DNA of 64,000 nt from Auanema rhodensis (Eukaryota; Animalia; Nematoda): assembly GCA_964057225.1 (NCBI GenBank), contig OZ059894.1:2232001-2296000 (forward strand). Direction: 5' to 3'. The translations under genes were made by a program, and so were the position numbers. Under the pieces are notes generated by a model. It saw nothing but the letters and a program-made list of their open reading frames with translations. It did not search any database and had not been told where the DNA came from. Below, in pieces: positions 54,850 to 64,000 of the stretch. The first letter of the stretch is position 1. Every line of letters starts with the position of its first letter.

Positions 54850-57800
54850 AGGGTGAAAATCGAGGATATAAGTGTGAACTTATATCAGTTGATATCTCGG
54901 TGCATTTTTAAGCTAGCGCAAATCTGATAACACAGATCGACGCAGCTTAAAAATCCGCATCGAATGCACTATACTACATTGAGGAACGCTTAATACAAAA
55001 ATTAGTTATGATCGTTTGAAAAATAATGCATTAGTGTATGTTGAGTTTCCATGTACACTCAACATAGCTTCCAAAAACATTTTGACAAAAATTTTTTCGA
55101 AAAATTTCAAAATAATTTAGCAAGAAGTAGATGTTTTTAGATTCCTTTTTTCAAGACAAAGACGATGGACAATGTTATTCAACGAAAAAATAATTTCTTC
55201 AGGGTGAAAATCGAGGATATAAGTGTGAACTTATATCAGTTGATATCTCGGTGCATTTTTAAGCTAGCGCAAATCTGATAACACAGATCGACGCAGCTTA
55301 AATATCCGCATCGAATGCACTATACTACATTGAGAAACGCTTAATACAAGAATTAGTTATGATCGTTTGAAAAATGATGCATTAGTGTATGTTGAGTTTC
55401 CATGTACACTCAACATTGCTTCCAAAAACATTTTGACAAAAATTTTTTCGAAAAATTTCAAAATAATGTAGCAAAAAGTAGTTGTTTTTAGATTCCTTTT
55501 TCTAAGGCAAAGACGATGGACAATGTTATTCAACGAAAAAATTAATTCTTCAGGGTGAAAATCGAGGATATAAGTAAGAACATATATCAGTTGATATCTC
55601 GGTGCATTTTTAAGCTAGCGCAAATCTGATAACACAGACCGACGCAGCTTAAAAATCCGCATCGAATGCACTATTCTACATTGAGAAACGCTCAATACAA
55701 AAATTAGTTATGATCGTTTGAAAAATGATGCATTAGTGTATGTTGAGTTTCCATGTACAATCAACATTGCTTCCAAAAACATTTTGACAAAAATTTTTTC
55801 GAAAAATTTCAAAATAATTTAGCAAAAAGTAGATGTTTTCAGATTTTTTTTTTCAAGGCAAAGACGATGGACAATGTTATTCAACGAAAAAATTAATTCT
55901 TCAGGGTGAAAATCGAGGATATAAGTGTGAACTTATATCAGTTGATATCTCGGTGCATTTTTAAGCTAGCGCAAATCTGATAACACAGATCGACGCAGCT
56001 TAAAAATCCGCATCGAATGCACTATACTACATTGAAAAACGCTTAATAAAAAAATTAGTTATGATGGTTTGAAAAATGATGCATTAGTGTATATTGAGTT
56101 TCCATGTACACTCAACATTGCTTCCAAAAACATTTTGACAAAAATTTTTTCGAAAAATTTCAGAATAATTTAGCAAAAAGTAGATGTTTTTAGATTCCTT
56201 TTTTCAAGGCAAAGACGATGGACATTGTTATTCAACGAAAAAATTAATTCTTCAGGGTGAAAATCGAGGATATAAGTAAGAACATATATCAGTTGATATC
56301 TCGGTGCATTTTTAAGCTAGCGCAAATCTGATAACACAGATCGACGCAGCTTAAAAATCCGCATCAAATGCACTATACTACATTGAGAAACGTTCAATAC
56401 AAAAATTAGTTATGATCGTTTGAAAAATGATGAATTAGTGTATGTTGAGTTTCCATGTACACTCAACATTGCTTCCAAAAACATTTTGACAAAAATTTTT
56501 TCGAGAAATTTCAAAATAATTTAGCAAAAAGTAAATGTTTTTAGATTCCTTTTTTCAAGGCGAAGACGATGGACATTGTTATTCAACGAAGAAATTAATT
56601 CTTCAGGGTGAAAATCGAGGATATAAGTGTGAACTTATATCAGTTGATATCTCGGTGCATTTTTAAGCTAGCGCAAATCTGATAACACAGATCGACGCAG
56701 CTTAAAAATCCGCATCGAATGCACTATACTACATTGAGAAACGCTTAATACAAAAATTAGTTATGATCGTTTGAAAAATGATGCATTAGTGTATGTTGAG
56801 TTTCCATGTACACTCAACATATCTTCCAAAAACATTTTGACAAAAATTTTTTCGAAAAATTTCAGAATAATTTAGCAAAAAGTAGATGTTTTTAGATTTC
56901 TTTTCTCAAGGCAAAGACGATGGACAATGTTATTCAACGAAAAAATTAATACTTCAGGGTGAAAATCGAGGATATAAGTGTGAACTTATATCAGTTGATA
57001 TCTCGGTGCATTTTTAAGCTAGCGCAAATCTGATAACACAGATCGACGCAGCTTAAAAATCCGCATCGAATGCACTATACTACATTGAGAAACGCTCAAT
57101 ACAAAATGTAGTTATGATCGTTTGAAAAATGATGCATTAGTGTATGTTGAGTTTCCATGTACACTCAACATTGCTTCCAAAAACATTTTGACAAAAATTT
57201 TTTCGAAAAATTTCAAAATAATTTAGCAAGAAGTAGATGTTTTTAGATTCCTTTTTTCAAGGCAAAGACGATGGACAATGTTATTCAACGAAAAAATAAT
57301 TTCTTCAGGGTGAAAATCGAGGATATAAGTGTGAACTTATATCAGTTGATATCTCGGTGCATTTTTAAGCTAGCGCAAATCTGATAACACAGATCGACGC
57401 AGCTTAAAAATCCGCATCGAATGCACTATACTACATTGAGGAACGCTTAATACAAAAATTAGTTATGATCGTTTGAAAAATAATGCATTAGTGTATGTTG
57501 AGTTTCCATGTACACTCAACATAGCTTCCAAAAACATTTTGACAAAAATTTTTTCGAAAAATTTCAAAATAATTTAGCGAAAAGTAGATGTTTTTAGATT
57601 CCTTTTTTCAAGGCAAAGACGATGGACATTGTTATTCAACGAAAAAATCAATTCTTCAGGGTGAAAATCGAGGATCTAAGTGTGAACTTATATCAGTTGA
57701 TATCTCGGTGCATTTTTAAGCTAGCGCAAATCTGATAACACAGATCGACGCAGCTTAAAAATCCGCATCGAATGCACTATACTACATTGAGGAACGCTTA

Positions 57801-60800
57801 ATACAAAAATTAGTTATGATCGTTTGAAAAATGATGCATTAGTGTATGTTGAGTTTCCATGTACACTCAACATAGCTTCCAAAAACATTTTGACAAAAAT
57901 TTTTTCGAGAAATTTCAAAATAATTTAGCAAAAAGTAGATGTTTTTAGATTCCTTTTTTCAAGGCGAAGACGATGGACATTGTTATTCAACGAAAAAATT
58001 ATTTCTTCAGGGTGAAAATCGAGGATATAAGTGTGAACTTATATCAGTTGATATCTCGGTGCATTTTTAAGCTAGCGCAAATCTGATAACACAGATCGAC
58101 GCAGCTTAAAAATCCGCATCGAATGCACTATACTACATTGAGGAACGCTTAATACAAAAATTAGTTATGATCGTTTGAAAAATAATGCATTAGTGTATGT
58201 TGAGTTTCCATGTACACTCAACATAGCTTCCAAAAACATTTTGACAAAAATTTTTTCGAAAAATTTCAAAATAATTTAGCAAGAAGTAGATGTTTTTAGA
58301 TTCCTTTTTTCAAGACAAAGACGATGGACAATGTTATTCAACGAAAAAATAATTTCTTCAGGGTGAAAATCGAGGATATAAGTGTGAACTTATATCAGTT
58401 GATATCTCGGTGCATTTTTAAGCTAGCGCAAATCTGATAACACAGATCGACGCAGCTTAAATATCCGCATCGAATGCACTATACTACATTGAGAAACGCT
58501 TAATACAAGAATTAGTTATGATCGTTTGAAAAATGATGCATTAGTGTATGTTGAGTTTCCATGTACACTCAACATTGCTTCCAAAAACATTTTGACAAAA
58601 ATTTTTTCGAAAAATTTCAAAATAATGTAGCAAAAAGTAGTTGTTTTTAGATTCCTTTTTCTAAGGCAAAGACGATGGACAATGTTATTCAACGAAAAAA
58701 TTAATTCTTCAGGGTGAAAATCGAGGATATAAGTAAGAACATATATCAGTTGATATCTCGGTGCATTTTTAAGCTAGCGCAAATCTGATAACACAGACCG
58801 ACGCAGCTTAAAAATCCGCATCGAATGCACTATTCTACATTGAGAAACGCTCAATACAAAAATTAGTTATGATCGTTTGAAAAATGATGCATTAGTGTAT
58901 GTTGAGTTTCCATGTACAATCAACATTGCTTCCAAAAACATTTTGACAAAAATTTTTTCGAAAAATTTCAAAATAATTTAGCAAAAAGTAGATGTTTTCA
59001 GATTTTTTTTTTCAAGGCAAAGACGATGGACAATGTTATTCAACGAAAAAATTAATTCTTCAGGGTGAAAATCGAGGATATAAGTGTGAACTTATATCAG
59101 TTGATATCTCGGTGCATTTTTAAGCTAGCGCAAATCTGATAACACAGATCGACGCAGCTTAAAAATCCGCATCGAATGCACTATACTACATTGAAAAACG
59201 CTTAATAAAAAAATTAGTTATGATGGTTTGAAAAATGATGCATTAGTGTATATTGAGTTTCCATGTACACTCAACATTGCTTCCAAAAACATTTTGACAA
59301 AAATTTTTTCGAAAAATTTCAGAATAATTTAGCAAAAAGTAGATGTTTTTAGATTCCTTTTTTCAAGGCAAAGACGATGGACATTGTTATTCAACGAAAA
59401 AATTAATTCTTCAGGGTGAAAATCGAGGATATAAGTAAGAACATATATCAGTTGATATCTCGGTGCATTTTTAAGCTAGCGCAAATCTGATAACACAGAT
59501 CGACGCAGCTTAAAAATCCGCATCAAATGCACTATACTACATTGAGAAACGTTCAATACAAAAATTAGTTATGATCGTTTGAAAAATGATGAATTAGTGT
59601 ATGTTGAGTTTCCATGTACACTCAACATTGCTTCCAAAAACATTTTGACAAAAATTTTTTCGAGAAATTTCAAAATAATTTAGCAAAAAGTAGATGTTTT
59701 TAGATTCCTTTTTTCAAGGCGAAGACGATGGACATTGTTATTCAACGAAGAAATTAATTCTTCAGGGTGAAAATCGAGGATATAAGTGTGAACTTATATC
59801 AGTTGATATCTCGGTGCATTTTTAAGCTAGCGCAAATCTGATAACACAGATCGACGCAGCTTAAAAATCCGCATCGAATGCACTATACTACATTGAGAAA
59901 CGCTTAATACAAAAATTAGTTATGATCGTTTGAAAAATGATGCATTAGTGTATGTTGAGTTTCCATGTACACTCAACATATCTTCCAAAAACATTTTGAC
60001 AAAAATTTTTTCGAAAAATTTCAGAATAATTTAGCAAAAAGTAGATGTTTTTAGATTTCTTTTCTCAAGGCAAAGACGATGGACAATGTTATTCAACGAA
60101 AAAATTAATACTTCAGGGTGAAAATCGAGGATATAAGTGTGAACTTATATCAGTTGATATCTCGGTGCATTTTTAAGCTAGCGCAAATCTGATAACACAG
60201 ATCGACGCAGCTTAAAAATCCGCATCGAATGCACTATACTACATTGAGAAACGCTCAATACAAAATGTAGTTATGATCGTTTGAAAAATGATGCATTAGT
60301 GTATGTTGAGTTTCCATGTACACTCAACATTGCTTCCAAAAACATTTTGACAAAAATTTTTTCGAAAAATTTCAAAATAATTTAGCAAGAAGTAGATGTT
60401 TTTAGATTCCTTTTTTCAAGGCAAAGACGATGGACAATGTTATTCAACGAAAAAATAATTTCTTCAGGGTGAAAATCGAGGATATAAGTGTGAACTTATA
60501 TCAGTTGATATCTCGGTGCATTTTTAAGCTAGCGCAAATCTGATAACACAGATCGACGCAGCTTAAAAATCCGCATCGAATGCACTATACTACATTGAGG
60601 AACGCTTAATACAAAAATTAGTTATGATCGTTTGAAAAATAATGCATTAGTGTATGTTGAGTTTCCATGTACACTCAACATAGCTTCCAAAAACATTTTG
60701 ACAAAAATTTTTTCGAAAAATTTCAAAATAATTTAGCGAAAAGTAGATGTTTTTAGATTCCTTTTTTCAAGGCAAAGACGATGGACATTGTTATTCAACG

Positions 60801-61300
60801 AAAAAATCAATTCTTCAGGGTGAAAATCGAGGATCTAAGTGTGAACTTATATCAGTTGATATCTCGGTGCATTTTTAAGCTAGCGCAAATCTGATAACAC
60901 AGATCGACGCAGCTTAAAAATCCGCATCGAATGCACTATACTACATTGAGGAACGCTTAATACAAAAATTAGTTATGATCGTTTGAAAAATGATGCATTA
61001 GTGTATGTTGAGTTTCCATGTACACTCAACATAGCTTCCAAAAACATTTTGACAAAAATTTTTTCGAGAAATTTCAAAATAATTTAGCAAAAAGTAGATG
61101 TTTTTAGATTCCTTTTTTCAAGGCGAAGACGATGGACATTGTTATTCAACGAAAAAATTATTTCTTCAGGGTGAAAATCGAGGATATAAGTGTGAACTTA
61201 TATCAGTTGATATCTCGGTGCATTTTTAAGCTAGCGCAAATCTGATAACACAGATCGACGCAGCTTAAAAATCCGCATCGAATGCACTATACTACATTGA
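54850..61300. repeat. Tandem 9-monomer (3159 bp) duplication; ends approximate
   Basis: Private variants pair at 56066/59225, 56591/59750, 56951/60110 and 58002/61161. Confidence 0.9.
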
Positions 61301-64000
61301 GAAACGCTTAATACAAAAATTAGTTATGATCGTTTGAAAAATGATGCATTAGTGTATGTTGAGTTTCCATGTACACTCAACATATCTTCCAAAAACATTT
61401 TGACAAAAACTTTTTCGAAAAATTTCAGAATAATTTAGCAAAAAGTAGATGTTTTTAGATTTCTTTTCTCAAGGCAAAGACGATGGACAATGTTATTCAA
61501 CGAAAAAATTAATTCTTCAGGGTGAAAATCGAGGATATAAGTAAGAACATATATCAGTTGATATCTCGGTGCATTTTTAAGCTAGCGCAAATCTGATAAC
61601 ACAGATCGACGCAGCTTAAAAATCCGCATCAAATGCACTATACTACATTGAGAAACGTTCAATACAAAAATTAGTTATGATCGTTTGAAAAATGATGAAT
61701 TAGTGTATGTTGAGTTTCCATGTACACTCAACATTGCTTCCAAAAACATTTTGACAAAAATTTTTTCGAGAAATTTCAAAATAATTTAGCAAAAAGTAGA
61801 TGTTTTTAGATTCCTTTTTTCAAGGCGAAGACGGTGGACATTGTTATTCAACGAAAAAATTAATTCTTCAGGGTGAAAATCGAGGATATAAGTGTGAACT
61901 TATATCAGTTGATATCTCGGTGCATTTTTAAGCTAGCGCAAATCTGATAACACAGATCGACGCAGCTTAAAAATCCGCATCGAATGCACTATACTACATT
62001 GAGAAACGCTTAATACAAAAATTAGTTATGATCGTTTGAAAAATGATGCATTAGTGTATGTTGAGTTTCCATGTACACTCAACATATCTTCCAAAAACAT
62101 TTTGACAAAAATTTTTTCGAAAAATTTCAGAATAATTTAGCAAAAAGTAGATGTTTTTAGATTTCTTTTCTCAAGGCAAAGACGATGGACAATGTTATTC
62201 AACGAAAAAATTAATTCTTCAGGGTGAAAATCGAGGATATAAGTAAGAACATATATCAGTTGATATCTCGGTGCATTTTTAAGCTAGCGCAAATCTGATA
62301 ACACAGATCGACGCAGCTTAAAAATCCGCATCAAATGCACTATACTACATTGAGAAACGTTCAATACAAAAATTAGTTATGATCGTTTGAAAAATGATGA
62401 ATTAGTGTATGTTGAGTTTCCATGTACACTCAACATTGCTTCCAAAAACATTTTGACAAAAATTTTTTCGAGAAATTTCAAAATAATTTAGCAAAAAGTA
62501 GATGTTTTTAGATTCCTTTTTTCAAGGCGAAGACGATGGACATTGTTATTCAACGAAAAAATTAATTCTTCAGGGTGAAAATCGAGGATATAAGTGTGAA
62601 CTTATATCAGTTGATATCTCGGTGCATTTTTAAGCTAGCGCAAATCTGATAACACAGATCGACGCAGCTTAAAAATCCGCATCGAATGCACTATACTACA
62701 TTGAGAAACGCTTAATACAAAAATTAGTTATGATCGTTTGAAAAATGATGCATTAGTGTATGTTGAGTTTCCATGTACACTCAACATTGCTTCCAAAAAC
62801 ATTTTGACAAAAATTTTTTCGAAAAATTTCGAAATAATTTAGCAAAAAGTAGATGTTTTTAGATTCCTTTTTTCAAGGCAAAGACGATGGACATTGTTAT
62901 TCAACGAAAAAATCAATTCTTCAGGGTGAAAATCGAGGATCTAAGTGTGAACTTATATCAGTTGATATCTCGGTGCATTTTTAAGCTAGCGCAAATCTGA
63001 TAACACAGATCGACGCAGCTTAAAAATCCGCATCGAATGCACTATACTACATTGAGAAACGCTCAATACAAAATGTAGTTATGATCGTTTGAAAAATGAT
63101 GCATTAGTGTATGTTGAGTTTCCATGTACACTCAACATTGCTTCCAAAAACATTTTGACAAAAATTTTTTCGAAAAATTTCAAAATAATTTAGCAAGAAG
63201 TAGATGTTTTTAGATTCCTTTTTTCAAGGCAAAGACGATGGACAATGTTATTCAACGAAAAAATAATTTCTTCAGGGTGAAAATCGAGGATATAAGTGTG
63301 AACTTATATCAGTTGATATCTCGGTGCATTTTTAAGCTAGCGCAAATCTGATAACACAGATCGACGCAGCTTAAAAATCCGCATCGAATGCACTATACTA
63401 CATTGAGGAACGCTTAATACAAAAATTAGTTATGATCGTTTGAAAAATAATGCATTAGTGTATGTTGAGTTTCCATGTACACTCAACATAGCTTCCAAAA
63501 ACATTTTGACAAAAATTTTTTCGAAAAATTTCAAAATAATTTAGCGAAAAGTAGATGTTTTTAGATTCCTTTTTTCAAGGCAAAGACGATGGACATTGTT
63601 ATTCAACGAAAAAATCAATTCTTCAGGGTGAAAATCGAGGATCTAAGTGTGAACTTATATCAGTTGATATCTCGGTGCATTTTTAAGCTAGCGCAAATCT
63701 GATAACACAGATCGACGCAGCTTAAAAATCCGCATCGAATGCACTATACTACATTGAGGAACGCTTAATACAAAAATTAGTTATGATCGTTTGAAAAATA
63801 ATGCATTAGTGTATGTTGAGTTTCCATGTACACTCAACATAGCTTCCAAAAACATTTTGACAAAAATTTTTTCGAAAAATTTCAAAATAATTTAGCGAAA
63901 AGTAGATGTTTTTAGATTCCTTTTTTCAAGGCAAAGACGATGGACATTGTTATTCAACGAAAAAATCAATTCTTCAGGGTGAAAATCGAGGATCTAAGTG

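Larger units (their letters stand above)
1..64000. repeat. Tandem satellite DNA array, 351-bp monomer, 182 full copies plus a partial, single orientation
   Basis: The motif attcaacgaa recurs at 1, 352, 3511, 7021, 10531 and 12286 (exact multiples of 351), then 12714 (+77), 15171, 25701, 36231, 43251 and finally 63952 = 12714 + 146x351 - 8. Copies differ by only a few substitutions, no non-satellite sequence is seen, and the array runs off both ends of the window. Confidence 0.99.

Noticed and set aside
1-64000. CRISPR array
   Set aside because: No unique spacers, the unit is 351 bp, and there are no cas genes.
1-64000. Inversions or transposon insertions within the array
   Set aside because: Register arithmetic closes exactly with +77 and -8 bp, and every monomer read is in the same orientation.

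Overview
The whole 64 kb window is one uninterrupted head-to-tail satellite array of an AT-rich 351-bp monomer (about 31% GC by hand count), all in the same orientation: 182 complete monomers plus 49 bp. Register arithmetic accounts for every length change: one 77-bp insertion (12559-12635) and eight copies of the same 1-bp deletion (44975-54796). I found no credible genes, RNA genes, transposons or CRISPR arrays, and the ORFs in the track are satellite by-products. Three things stand out. (1) The monomer is built largely from nested or competing inverted repeats, including a ~67-nt, ~26-bp hairpin, a 9-bp stem with a GTGA loop and a 9-10-bp stem-loop. (2) A templated-looking insertion sits at the centre of one of these dyads. 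(3) Point variants reveal layered higher-order structure: local 2-, 3-, 5-, 6-, 9- and 15-monomer duplications, long-range recurrence of a fixed monomer order, and two variant domains. It is most likely a eukaryotic centromeric or heterochromatic satellite. The organism and satellite family cannot be determined from the sequence alone.
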